A stretch of DNA of 56,832 nt, filler included, from Streblomastix strix (lineage: Eukaryota), in the NCBI GenBank assembly GCA_008636045.1. It is 3 parts of 3 records of this genome, joined end to end, with 100 filler letters (N's around TTAATTAATTAA, not from the genome) between each part and the next. Parts side by side here need not be neighbours in the genome. Positions count along the whole stretch, not along the records: positions 1 to 18,879 come from SNRW01000565.1; positions 18,980 to 37,856 come from SNRW01000566.1; 1 more part is not named here. One strand, given 5' to 3'. A program made the position numbers and the translations under genes. A model generated the notes under the pieces. That model was not told where the DNA came from and did no database searches. It saw only the letters and a list, made by a program, of their open reading frames with translations. Below, one piece after another: positions 12,896-26,696 of this stretch. How positions within the stretch are numbered: position 1 is the stretch's first letter; each line of letters starts with the position of its first letter.

Positions 12896-14928
12896 ATGAG
12901 CGCAAGAATTGAATTTAAAGACCATGACAATTGGGCCCTGTATGTAAGTATTTTCGGGGGTATTGCATATGGGAATTCGATTTCGGTCATTTCTGGTATT
13001 CTCGGCGGTATATTTTGCTTATTAACACTATAATTCAAATTTTCATTTAATTCACAAGAACCTAGATGGATTTAGCTCAGTTCGAGTCTCCGTGGATTAT
13101 TATCTGCTTCAATTTTATATGGCATTGCTTTGGGGTCTATTCTTCCTGTGTTTTTATCTGATATATTTGGTCGGAAGTTAATATTTATCATTTCTGGGTT
13201 CAAATCATTTGTTTTTTCCATCATATTGGCTTTTATGAATTCAACTGTTGCATGCATAATAATAAGAGCATTTGCAGGTATTGGAGTAGGATCTATTGCT
13301 ACATTGGTTTATGAAATACTTATTAGAATAAATAATAACTTTAAAATTTATTGTTCATATTTTTCATATTAATTTTATATTCATTATTATACCATTATTT
13401 ATATTTATTTTTATTTAAAATAGACTCCAGCATATACTGCTGATCTTTCTTCAAATTGAAGGCGTGGTGTTTTAGTAGGAATTTTCAGAGTTTCAATAAC
13501 CTGTGGGATTGTTTTAGGATACTTAATAAATATTCCATTCAATTTTGTAACAGATGGCTGGAGGTTTGAACAATTAATAAATTTATTATACATTAATTTG
13601 CTTTTGCTTTTTTTAGATTTGAGTTTGGATTAACATCAGTTCCTACCCTTATTATAGGGATTGTATCAATATTTTGCCCAGAAAGTTATATATTCATTGA
13701 GAAAAAATAGAGATAAAACAATAAAAAATAAATTTAAATAAACAAAAGCTTAGAACTTGTTGAAATGCAACAAAATAATAATATTTAAATCTCAGCAAGT
13801 AAGTCAGATAATTCCGATTTAATAACTTCCATTTCACAAATTAAGCATTCCGATTCATCTTCTAATTAAACTGAAACAAAAGAATTAAAAATCACTTCAA
13901 ATATTTCGTAATTTTCAGATATTCATTAAGAAAAATAATATTAAAACAATAATAATAATTAATAACATAAAAAGGAAACTATTGATTATTAATAGAATGC
14001 AAATCAAAGTGAAATATAGAATAAAGGCATATTAATAAAACTAAAGGAGATTTTTCGTATTTTAATAATAGAAAATTGGAAATAGTTGATTGTCGGACTT
14101 GTCCTTGGCCTATTATATCACTTCACAGGGTTAAATGTAATAACATTCTACCTTCCAGAGATTCTCGCAAATGCTGGAGTGTAAAATCGCACAACTCTTC
14201 TCCTTCTCACACTTGCTATTGGTGTATGGAACAGTATCACTTCAATTCCTCAGCTTTTCTTTGTTTGCTTAATTTTATTAGTAATTTTAAAATTCATGTT
14301 GAATAATTAATTATTTATTTTATTGAATATTTAGATTAATCGCGTTGGACGTCGTATGGTTCTTCTTGTTGGATCTATTGTCTAATTATTTGGAATGTTT
14401 TTACTTATGCTCAGTACATTGCTACCAGTACTTGTTAAAAATGAGAAATCATATTATATGGCTATCCCTGGTATGAAATTATTGTTTTATTTTGTAAATA
14501 ATAAAACTAATTTTGTAATTTTTTATATTCTTTTAAACATATTCATTTCATAGGAATTATAATATTCTTTGCTGGATTTGAAATTGGTATTGGGCCTGTA
14601 TTTCTTGTCATGATTGCAGAAATGTATACTTTTTATTCTTTTTTATTTTGAATAATTGAAACTTATCCAATAATACAGGTTCCCCGAAAAAATAACCAGT
14701 GCCACCAGTTGTTTCTTGATGACTGTTATGTGGATAGCGAATTTAACCATAGTTACAATATATTCTCCACTCTCAAATTCAATTGGAGACAGTGGAGTCT
14801 TTATTATTACATTTGTTTTGACATTTATATTGGTTGTTTTCACGATAATTGTCGTAAAAGAAACTAAAGGGATGTATCCAAGAACGAATAAAGCAATATG
14901 CTAAGAAGAAAATGTTGATATTAGCTGA
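12896..14928 (+). CDS. MFS sugar/polyol transporter (multi-exon host gene)
   Basis: LSDIFGRK, RAFAGIGVG, PES, RVGRRMVLL, GIGPVFLVMIAE/FP and VKETKG sugar-porter motifs; GT-AG introns. One apparent in-frame TGA at ~13458. Confidence 0.88.
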
Positions 14929-15123
14929 TTTATTTATTAATTTTTACAATAGCATTATTTTTATCATTAATTATTTAACAAACATCTTATTATCAAATAT
15001 AAATAAATAAAAAATACCGTAATAATCAAATTTCGGATAAATATCCTTTTTATTGGTTTTTAGAGGAAAAGATAAGATTCATTCAGAATATTGTACACAT
15101 CATTTGAAGCATCAAACTTGCAT

Positions 15124-18100
15124 ATGTCTTCTGAAACAAATTGGGAAGATATTCTTCGAAGAAATACTTTTGTGGTATGTTGTTTTTTTAATTTTTCATA
15201 AATTTACTTTTTCTATTTAGCCAATTCGAAAACTTGGTATTTCAGCTTGTTTTATTTTAATAATTATATTTATATGATATATCGCACACTATATAGGTTA
15301 AGGATCTTTCGGCAGGTGAGCAAATTGCCTTATTTATTTATTTTTTATTCTTATCTTATTCTCCTATTTAGAGTATTTCTTGTATATAATGAAAATAATG
15401 AAATTTCTGCGGTTAAGATATTTTAAAAGGATAAATTTGATAACGATGAAATTTATGCTGCTATTTAACTAGATAAGTGCACATTTTTTTTTTGCATATT
15501 TCATTTTGTTAATTTATACTACTTTTTCTTATCAAATTAATCAGGAAAGGGATTTATAATATTTTTGTATTGAAATATACCAGATATAGTGATTAGGGTT
15601 AATATCCATACTTGGTAATGGAATACGCCAACATGTAGGTTTAAGAAAAAAATCATAAAAACTTATATTAATAATTTATTATATTTTTTCAACCAGACTC
15701 TTAATATTATAGCAAAACAACCTTAAATTCCTCTTCCATCATATACACTTCGAGCATTAATGAAATAAATTCGTTTGTATTGCATTTTTATAATCATATT
15801 CAATATTACTTTCTTTTTTTTTGCAGTTGAAGGAATGCGTGTGTTTCATAGTGCTGGTCTAATTCATCGGTTTATTCATTAATTTAGCTTTATTCTTATT
15901 CTTTATATATATTCAGAGATATAAAATGCGATAATATTCTACTTCACAGTCCACCTGGATCTGGACGTGTTCATGCTAAGATCTCGGATTTTGGATTTGC
16001 TAAATAAGAAGATTTAATAAATGAATAAGAAGATCGTGCAGGGTATGATTAAAATTTTATAAAATTTTATAATATATTATTATTTTTATATCTTTTCAAA
16101 AATCAGAACGCTTCCTTATATGGTATTTTCTAATCAATATTTAATAATTACAAGATATAATTTTTATATTAATTTTCTTTAGGCGCCTGAGATATTAAAG
16201 AAAAATTAAATTATAACTCAGAAAGTTGATATTTATGCTCTTGGCATTACATTTTACCATCTTGTTACTCACAAATATCCTGTGAATGAAAGAAATATTA
16301 AAGAATAATAAAAGTTTGAATAATTTATATTTATTCAATAATTTATTATTTTAAATTATTACAGTAAAATGCTTCAGTTAAATTGCTTAAAAAGACCATC
16401 AGAAGTAAAAAATGATCTCTTTTGGGATATTCTTTCAAAACTGTTAGATTTTGATCCAGATAAAAGAATTACAGCAGAATAAGCACTTCAACATCCATAT
16501 TTCACATCACCAGAAGCACTTACGGATATTTCACCAGAACAGGAAGATCTTGCATAATTAGCTGTTTTCTCTGAACTTGACGGTGATAAAAGCATTACAG
16601 AATATGATAAAAACTCATCATTTACTGTATCTGAATTAATAATAAAGGAATTTTTTCTAAGTGCAATTCATCAATAATAATTAAAATTAAGAAAAAATCT
16701 AGATAATTTGTAAAAATTATAAATATAACAAAAAGAAGAAGATGAAATGATAAAACAATTGATAGAAAATGAAGAATTAAATAATTTTGAAAAAGTTTTA
16801 ATGATTGAAAATTCATAGTAGCAATTATTAGAAGAGAATGATTAAAATAATAATGACTCTCAATAAAATTTTATTTAAAAGAATTCTGATTAAAATTTTT
16901 CTAAGACTTCATTTTCTTGTCACTCGCAGAATTTTATTCAAGAATAACTAAATCTAAACGATCAAAGTGAAGATAAACAAATTAAATTAGCATTAAAACT
17001 CCCCTTAGATCAAATAGAATAATAAAAACCTTATATTGAAATAGAAAAAGAAAAAGAATAATATATTGATGATTAAGAAAAAATAGAATATGCATTAAAG
17101 TCATAATATCAAAATGAAAGTTATAAAAATTATAATCTTCGTGATAATAATTAACTTTTATCTTCAATACATTAATCATAACTTTAAATTGAATCTCCAT
17201 ATGAAACATCCACTTTTCCACAAACTCTGTTTCATTAATTATAATCTCAAAAATCTTCGTAAATTCACTAAACATCATCAAATTAAACAAATAATTCTGT
17301 GTATAGTTATCATGCCCATATTGTTCCAATAACAAGACTTAAATAAGCATCTTTATCTTATGCAGCTACAGTGGAACAAATTTAGATAGAAAAAGAATTG
17401 CTTGAACTTAGCATAACTCTTGATGAAATAATGGAAAAATTGATAAATTTTTAGAGTTTGTCTTTCTTGATGAAAGATTTAATTTTTATTAATCTCTCTA
17501 AAAGTCTTTTAAATAATGAATAGAATATTTAATATGCATTTTATCATGGAATTATTGATTAATTATTAACTATTATGAATACATCTCAAATCGAATAATT
17601 TTATCCAATTTATTTACAATCAATTTTTTAAGTCTCCAAATATACAAAAATTGATTTTAGAACTTAACTTCTGGATAAAAATCCATATCCTTCCTTATTT
17701 AGACTCCTTGATCATACAAACAATTAAATTGTTGAAACAACAATTGATATAATATTTAATATTATAATCTCAGAATTCAAAACATCTTCATATTAATCAT
17801 AAGTACATCCACATTTCAAAATCTTTTAAGAAAATAGAGGAATTTAAAAAATATTCCAAATATTCAAATAATCAGAATAATAATCGTAAATAAGAAATAT
17901 TGCAGCATTATCCATTGGTCATATATTCCGAGCTCAAGAAATTCCAGATTATTTGATGAAAAAAGAAATTATCTCACATCTCAAATCTATATTAATTGAT
18001 CCAGAAAATGATTAGAAGAATAATGCCTAAATAGCACTCATTTGTCTTATGAAGAACCAATGTATGCTTATTATTTAATGTTAATATTTCAAATTATTTG

Positions 18101-18879
18101 AATTTTACTTATTTTATTAATATCAAATTTTTTTTAATAATATATTAATGATTATTTATTTTATTTAAAATAGAAAATTCTAATGAAATCATAAAAGATA
18201 TAGATTTTGAAAAAATTCAAATAAATTTATAGAAACCATTACAAGGAAGTGAAGAATAAAAGAAATAAATATTAAAATAACAAGAAGGTTATTGTTTATT
18301 ATTATCATCTATTCTTGAAGGCCGAAAAGATGATAATCTTAGATAAATTATAATCAATTCAGGAATAGTGGATGTATTCCTAAATATTTTCCTGAATTAC
18401 GATTTGCTCACAATTACAAGACCATATACTAATGCATTCTTGACATTTACAGTTTCATCGAATGACATTAATACTCAACTTTTTAATTTGAAACCATTTC
18501 CATCTCTTTTTCGTCTTCTTGAAATATAAGACTCTGATATCATTGAAGATATTATTGTTGTTATATTCAATATTCTTGCAACAGGAACTAATACAACATC
18601 ACCTTCATCAATTCATCCTCATTTTGTAGTAGTATCAGAATGTAATGGAATTAATTTGTTATTTAAAGTATTTCAGCGAAATAATATAGGTTAATAATAT
18701 AAAGATTAAGCTGCATTTTGTATTGGAGTTTTATTTAGAGCTCAAGAAATTTCAGATTATTTGATGAAAAAAGAAATTATCTCACATCTCAAATCTATAT
18801 TAATTGATCCAGAAAATGATTAGAAGAATAATGCCTAAATAGCACTCATTTGTCTTATGAAGAACCAATGTATGCTTAT
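15124..18879 (+). CDS. Ser/Thr protein kinase with Q/N-rich linker and C-terminal ARM-like helical repeats (3'-truncated)
   Basis: [32 protein letters not shown] and RITAEQALQHPYF across many short introns, including 16-19 nt micro-exons. Frames in the linker may be disrupted. Confidence 0.88.
17931..18879 (+). repeat. Near-identical ~140-bp direct repeat (17931-18071 and 18739-18879) in tandem repeat exons
   Basis: gagctcaagaaatt..aagaaccaatgtatgcttat occurs twice and includes the splice donor. Confidence 0.9.
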
Positions 18880-18979
18880 NNNNNNNNNNNNNNNNNNNNN
18901 NNNNNNNNNNNNNNNNNNNNNNNTTAATTAATTAANNNNNNNNNNNNNNNNNNNNNNNNNNNNNNNNNNNNNNNNNNNN
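18880..18979. other. Artificial contig linker
   Basis: N run with central TTAATTAATTAA. Confidence 0.97.
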
Positions 18980-21900
18980 GATTTATTCATTTAACTATTT
19001 TTCACTTCATTTTTACTTTTTTCGACCTTTTATTATTTAATAAAAATTTTATGGTTTATTAATTATTTAAATATTTTATTACAATTTATTACTATAATCA
19101 TTTTTGTGTTGATTGGTATTAGTTTTCATGAATTAAAATGTTTATTTAAAGAAATATATTTTTCAGAAGAATTAAATTGAATATTGATTAAAATCAAAGC
19201 ATGGCTTATATAGAATTCGTTAAAAATTATTTTTTGCAATTTTCATTTGATTCTCAGCGACTGTCAATAATTAATATAAATAGTTTCAGTAATTGTACTA
19301 CGAAAGTTATATCTAATTAAACAAAACATAAATTAATATTAGATTCATTTTATCCATGAAAATATAGCACAAATGCACCTTTTTTAAAAAATTACAGTTT
19401 GTGTCAGTTTTTATTCAATATCCAAGGGATTACAATTTATCAAACATCTATAATTTTATTTAATATACACAAAATTTTTAAATATTTACTTATATGAAAA
19501 TAAATACTCACATTATTATTGGAAAATCTAAAAAGCGCTTAAAAGTGCTGAAAAAAACGCATAAAATGCTGCAAAATGCGCTGTAAAGATCGGGGCATTA
19601 AATTCTCGATGAAAATTAAATATTTTTTTAAATTTGACAACGATTTATCAATTAATGAGATTATATCTAATATTTATATCAATAATGACACTAAATGAAT
19701 TTGTGGGAGTGGAGTAAATTGAGTACGAAAAATCAACTTTTTTAAAATACTAATAATTAGGACTAATAATCAATAATAACGACGCTGTTTAAGAATAAAA
19801 TTTATAATTTATCTGTTTGATAAGTATTATTAACTCAAATGATAAAGTAATTGCTTTTTTACGGAACAAAATTTCGGATTTTTTTAACAATTTATAGATT
19901 GGAAAATTTTAATTAGAACGCTTTTAATTTTGCGCAGCGCGCGTTCAGCGCTCTTAAAAGCGCTTTTGTCCAACACTATTTTATTATATAAATAGAGTAG
20001 AATTATTTGTCATAATTAGGAATGTTATCTTAACAAAATCTCATGACATTTTAACAAATATGTGTGACATGTCAGACTTCGAAGATAAACTGGTGTAAGA
20101 TACTAAAATAAATTATTCTAAACTCCACAATATTCGGGACACGACCTCATCTTTGGGGGCGCGGCTACATCAAAAAAACGCATTAAAAACTCATTATCCA
20201 TGGTCACATTCTTTCATCCCATTATTTATTTATTTTTTATATATATAAAATTATTTTATATCAAATTGAACTGATCATTATATTTATTATTATATACAAG
20301 CCTTAAATAAAAAAAATTCGATTCATGCACCATTAAATATAAATAAATATTATTTACAATGCTATTCTGTATTTAAATTAACATTTTTATCAAATAAATT
20401 GAATTTTACAAACAGTAATACCGCAATTACTTCAATAAATCATTCAAAAAAATTTTGAGAAAAAAATTCCTTCATAATTCATTTAATACTAATCAAACAT
20501 AAACCTTTTATATTTATCTTTAAATTTGTTTATTCATATATTCCAATAATTACTATAATTTATTATTTCACATGCTGATAAATATATAAAATATTTTTTT
20601 CATTTCCATTTTGCAGGATTTATAGTATTAATTATTATATTTGCTTTCAATATTAATAAGGTAACTGTTTACAATTTTAATAATTTAAGGTGTGAACCAT
20701 AAAATTGAAATAGATTCCTTAAATTAATAATAAATTCTAAATTTACATTTTTTATCTGAATATGTTTGTTAATCAGACTAATTCCAAAATATTATACAAT
20801 TCCTTATTACAATTTATATTATAACCAATATTAAGAAACAATTTACAAATATTTATGCCTATTTGAATAAGGGAAAATGAGATGCAAGATTTAATTTCCG
20901 AAAATGAAATATCATCATAGATCAGCGTTCCTCCTAGCCTTTAAACTTGTTACATTTTACAACAAGTCAAAAAAGAATTAATTGGAAGGTACCTCAAGTG
21001 ATTTTGAAATTTGAAAGAAAAGATATATATCAATAAAAAATATTTCTGCTCCGCTACACGTGCCTTGCAAAAAATTATTAATCAGTTAATATAACTATAA
21101 AAGTTTTCGTTTAGCCATTCGTACGTTGCAATATCTTATTATTTATAAATTAACTTATAATAATTATTAATTAATGATGCATCAAGTTAAAATTCAAGCA
21201 ATAAGTCTCCAGTTGCAAAAGGGAACACTGTCATGGATCGTTAGAAAAATTTACTTCGTACAATTTTAAGTAAGAATTATCGTAGAAAATCTTGTGCGCA
21301 ACTAGAAACATTTCTCACTTCAAGTAGTTATATCATTGTTGCATCATTTTTTAATACTTATTTATCAAATTTATTTTGATTAATTATTTTTAATTCACTA
21401 TTTAAAGTAAAATAAATTATGGTATAATGCAATAACTATGTTATTTAATATATTGAATCTTTGAATATATATTTTATCAAAAATATATTCTAGTTCTATC
21501 AGGTATTATGACTATTTCGTCTTACTCTATCATTTATATGATCACCATTCACATGTTGTAAATTGACTATTCCAGCATAATCTTCTATTTTTTCAATTGT
21601 ATCATTTATTGAATGCCTTGTAACATGATTTCAACTCAGTGATGTAATCAAACGATGATAAAAATTTTTAAATGAGGTGATAATTCAGGAAACTCAGCAA
21701 ATCCAAACTATAGTATTATTGCTGGATCTAAAGAATAGAAGAAAAATAAAATAAATAAAATATAAATAAATAAAATATAATGTTTAAATGAACAATAAAT
21801 CCTATTCAAAACCATATTTTGCGGAAATTGAATTATTTATAACATTTATGAAATAATTGTGTTAGCAAGACAAATACTATAAGAAAATTTTTAGTTTTGA

Positions 21901-22448
21901 ATTGTATAAAATGATATACGATAAGAAATACGTACATTAAATATTTTGTTAAACTTTCAGTGTAAAGCATTATCGGCATTTGAATATTTGTTATTTCAGA
22001 TGGATTTATAATGGTATATCAAAATTGAAACAAATTATATTTATAAATAACAATTCATATGAATTGATGGAAAAAACAAAAATCAAGTTTTTTTTCATCG
22101 AGGAGAGGCGTGCCTCTTATGTATGTTGTAAGTAAAGTTGTTTTACATAATGAGCACATATAAAAATATGAAAATCTCATATTTTATAATTTTGATATTT
22201 AATTGGACAATTTAGGGTCATTTTTTTATCTACATTTGGAAATTTTATCTATGATTATTTTATTTTCTTGAATTAATGGAAATCTTATTAACATAGAATA
22301 ATGTTAAATAATAATTTTATTATAGTATGATTATAGTAATAAATTGTAATAAAATATTTAAATAATTAATAAACCATAAAATTTTTATTAAATAATAAAA
22401 GGTCGAAAAAAGTAAAAATGAAGTGAAAAATAGTTAAATGAATAAATC
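18980..22448. repeat. 122-bp inverted repeat pair (18980-19101 / 22327-22448)
   Basis: gatttattcatttaact...actataatcat is the reverse complement of atgattatagt...aaatgaataaatc. Confidence 0.9.
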
Positions 22449-22981
22449 CAAAAATAATTTACAAATACTAAATACAAATATATAAGTTTAATATACCCGA
22501 ACATATGTAATTAAAATTGGAAAATTCAAAAAAAAGAGAAATGAGAAAAATATAATCGAGAAAATTAGAAAATTTATTAAATTGCAATAATGATAAATAA
22601 TAATATAAATATTTGGTAATATATGCAAAATTGATACAAATATAATTAAATAAACATAAAATAAATGTTCAAATTTATATGGTTTCTAAAAATTTTAAAT
22701 TTGAAAATTTTAAAAAAAATAAAATAGGTATATTATGAAGAATTATCATTTAGTTTTGTTCAATTTTATCTTAATCAAATTTTAATAATAAATTAGTATA
22801 AATTTAAATAAACTTAAATAGTTCTGAATGTTAGATATGCATAAAAACAAATATTTTCATATATAGGCACAGATGAAGTGGACTAATGTATAGTTAATAT
22901 AATTTTAATTGAATTGAGTCGTATTTGCAAATAAACATATAATCGAATAATTAAAATTAAAAATCAGTATAGAAATCAGTA

Positions 22982-25204
22982 TATTTTAGAAATATTCACG
23001 TTCACCAGCAAATTCATTGTTGCAAGTAAAGTAATGAAATCTTCTATTACCTTTCTCAGCAGGATTAGCATTCACATCATTGCATGTACAAGTAAAATTA
23101 CTCCATATTTCACTTTCTACTGAATCAACTCCTTTGCGTTCAACTATGCCACTTGCTTGTGTGATAGCACTCTTCATTTTATGTTGTAAATTGAATGAAT
23201 CAGTTGCGTCTTATATCTCATTAAAGTTGATCAGAATTGCAGTTGCTGCCAATGCGTTAAACTTACCAAATATCTTTGATAATTCATCTACATTCTTTAA
23301 CGCAAATATACCTAATAGTTCATAGATTGTTTCGAATGCAAATGACTTTCCACATCCTTATTAGCCAATGAAGTTCATCATTGTTCCAATTTTCAGTTTC
23401 ACTTGTTAGAAGATTGATGCGAACCACTTAATGATGTAATCATAATTCTATTCAGTATCAACTATACCTGCTAATACGTTTTTAATGTGGTTCAGGAATG
23501 GTTAAATTCGTGTGAAATCATTAGTCTATATCTCTTTGTACGCAAAGCCAGTGAACATATTAATACATCCTTCTTTATTTTTTCTTAGAAGATAACCTCA
23601 TTATATCGGAATGCTTTACCATATTTATTTATAATTTATCCGAGATTAATTCTATTCACATTAATGAATGGTTTATCGAACTTAAAGTAATTCGTCATTT
23701 ACTCTTCGGATTTCATTACTATTTTGAACTATCTTTTATGTCTTATTTTTGTGCAGCAAGATCCATATTTCACTCCAACAACTCCTCTAAGATCATTTAA
23801 CAACTAATTGAAATCACTATTTTTATACTATCTTGCTTTAACATTATTAATATCATACTCTGATTCGTTTATATTAATTGTTTTATCAACAAATAAGTGT
23901 TTATGCTCATTCTTATACCTCTACTAATCAATTGAATCTAAATGCTTGATAATCGAATAGAACCATTTGTTCGTGAAATCTTACATGAAATATTTCATAA
24001 TTTTATTAATTGTCTCATCAAAATTGTGATTATGTATTCGCTAATTATACCATTCAGTGTAGCATTCTTTAATGAATTCTTCGGTATGAGGAGAATAATG
24101 GATTGGAGCAGTTGTCTTCTCTAAATTCTCAAAGGTTGTTTCAAACTTATTCAATAACCCCATCATCTACTCTTTGTTAAATACTATCAGATTGTCATCG
24201 AAATCAACGTCATCAATTTTTATGTTTTTAATATGTGTTTTAGTTATTATTTTTCCATCACCTGCAACTTCAGCTACACCATTATCTACATCTACTAATC
24301 TCTTTGCGTTAGTTTTCTCTTTCTCCCTTTCTTTCAAACTAGGTAGTTTATGAATAACATTATTCCAATTACTAATCACATCGCCAGTTGAAGAGTCATC
24401 TTATATACATTAGATAATCTGATTAAATGGTTAATCATTTGGTTTACATAGTTGACCAGCGATGTATATTGATTCTTTACCTCTATAATTTTTACTCGAA
24501 AGTATGTATCTGAATATTTATCGAGATGACTTACTAACATATTTCAGTTTGTAAACGGAATCATCAACGAATTCATTAATATCATAGACAAATCTCCTGG
24601 TATTTTAATTTCCAACTTTCTTAACAATTTCCATCATATCTTATTAAAGGATTCGTTTTTCATAGAAAACAACATGAATTGATATCTTTTTTGCAGCATC
24701 AGTAATATATTTCAAATTGTGCGTTGCGCATATTTTAGGATCATTTGAATATCCACCAATTGAGTATTAGCCAAATTCACTAACTAAAGAATCTAACTAA
24801 ATAATTGCTGAAGCGTATTGGTCATTTGATTCAATGTGGTCAAAATCGAAGTAAGGATGGCAATATTTATCTGGAAGGATTACTTCATTAAAAGCAACTG
24901 AACCATCAAAAGTAAAATCATTTATCTTAGTCGTATAATATGTACATATGTTCTTGAGATCTGATGATACATCAATTACTGGATACCACTTAACAAAGAA
25001 TTCAGGAATGATACGTTTAGATGTTTCATTTACGTATTTGCTAAGTAAATCATCAAGAAGCTTATTATCTTATTCATCTACGGATTCAAAAATATTTTCA
25101 TTAGTCTTATTTTTCTCTTGTTCTTCAATCATTTTATCCATCAATTCTCGGGCAATTACACCAGATTTTGTGATAGAAACATTGCGTGTAGTTTGTCTTG
25201 ACAT
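22982..25204 (-). pseudogene. AEP primase fused to SF3 (D5-like) helicase
   Basis: FNEVILPDKYCHPYFDFD, KISIHVVF and VDDSVYK (AEP motifs I-III); FIGQQGCGKS (Walker A), LINFNE, IVERKGVD, TCN and NRRF. Frameshift near 23580; C-terminus appears truncated. Confidence 0.88.
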
Positions 25205-25278
25205 TTTGTTTTGGAATAAAAAAGTAAATTAGTTTGTGAATCTAACGAGAAATATTTTTTCAGTCGCTATCTATAAAT

Positions 25279-25306
25279 GACCGACCGACCGACCGACTGA
25301 CTGACT
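25279..25306 (+). repeat. (GACC)4(GACT)3 tandem tetranucleotide
   Basis: Directly visible, after ctataaat and upstream of the primase start. Confidence 0.9.
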
Positions 25307-25974
25307 TTTTATATTTTGACCATTTTAAGGGTCTCAACCCTATACGCCTGCACACATGGACAATTCGTATCGTTTATCCACTCCATTAATCTTTTTCATT
25401 AATCCGCTTAATTCGACATAATCATCAGTCCATCCATTCACTTTAAACATTATATTTGTGATCAGAGTATCAACATTGACTTAGATATCAATTTTCAAGT
25501 GATTCAAAAAACTTCAATTTTTCTATGATTTTTCAGTCTAAATAATAAAAATAAAATATATTTATAATAGGTCAAAATTCTGATTAAAAACTTAATTTTC
25601 CATATCACTTTGATACACTATCCTAAGGTCATATCTTACTCGTAGATTCCAAAAACAACCATTATAATCGATTCTGAAACTGTTCATCACCGTTAATTTC
25701 ATAAAATGATGTGTTTCATCCATCGACCAGTTAATCGATACCATTATCTCAATTTCATCAATGAAAACTTAATCGGACATAGTCAAATAGCCAATATAAG
25801 TTAGTACGCATCGGTCAAATCATTGATTTGGGCTATAAATAGTTAATGAAAAAGGACGATGCCCTAGCATTGCTTAAATCCTATTCGTTTGTGAGTTTCA
25901 GAAATCAAATCAATTATTTTTTATCATTAATGTTTAAAATAAATCACGCCAATTATTTTTATCATAAATGTATA

Positions 25975-26619
25975 TCATAAATAATACAATTATTTTTCAT
26001 TACTAATGATATTCATAAATGTTATTGTTTATTATTTTGCCCGTATTTCTTTATTAACATCAAATTTATTCTTTGATTTTCGGTTCTGGATAATCTGCTC
26101 GTTTTTCATATGTTAGCAATTCGTAATATCACTGGTTATTTCTGATGTGGACAAATCACTGCGTTTTTCAATGTGAGGGCGTCGTCCTTTTTCATTAACT
26201 ACTAATCTAATTAGTTCCTCCAAATCAAGTTGCAGATTAGTATAATTAATTTATGGTGTTTTTGATGTTTTTACTATTCTTTTTCTTACTTGTTTCTTTA
26301 ATGGTTTTTCTCTAACTTCGCTTATGTAATTGTCATCGCTATCATTTTATTACTCATACGGTTCTTAAGATATAAAATCTTCATCTTCATCAAGTAAATT
26401 TTATGGTTATTTTTAAACTTTTTTCTTTGGTTCAAGCCCTCCAACTCTAGCTTATAATAATAATTTATTCTATTATGTTTATGTTAATTTTTTAAGTGTC
26501 TTCTTTCCTTCTTCAAATACTTTAATATCTTTATTAATTTGGATTACATATCCAATATCAAAGTATTCAATATTTGTTCCATTCTCTATCAAATTCATTA
26601 ATGCGTGTTGTAAGTCCAT
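25975..26619 (-). CDS. Viral hypothetical protein, 214 aa, acidic then basic tracts
   Basis: Open in code 6 from MDLQHALMNLIENG to TGA. The 3' end overlaps an inverted repeat. Confidence 0.6.
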
Positions 26620-26696
26620 TTGAATATTTTTAAATAAAGAAAATGATAAAAGGCATAGAAAGAAACTCAATTCGAATGTCAAAAACCAAAAAATAA

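Noticed and set aside
16622..17335. Hydrophobic ORFs in the supplied track (also 39780-39989, 50355-50579, 55384-55761)
   Set aside because: Antisense or intronic shadows of Q/N/K-rich code-6 genes and AT-rich introns.
18880..18979. TTAATTAATTAA palindrome inside N runs (also 37857-37956)
   Set aside because: Artificial six-frame-stop linker. No synteny should be inferred across it, so the two viral elements are not one locus.
22327..22980. Inverted-repeat copy as the left terminus of viral element 2
   Set aside because: The helicase gene is cut off at ~22982, so the virus is truncated there. Nothing links the repeat to the virus.
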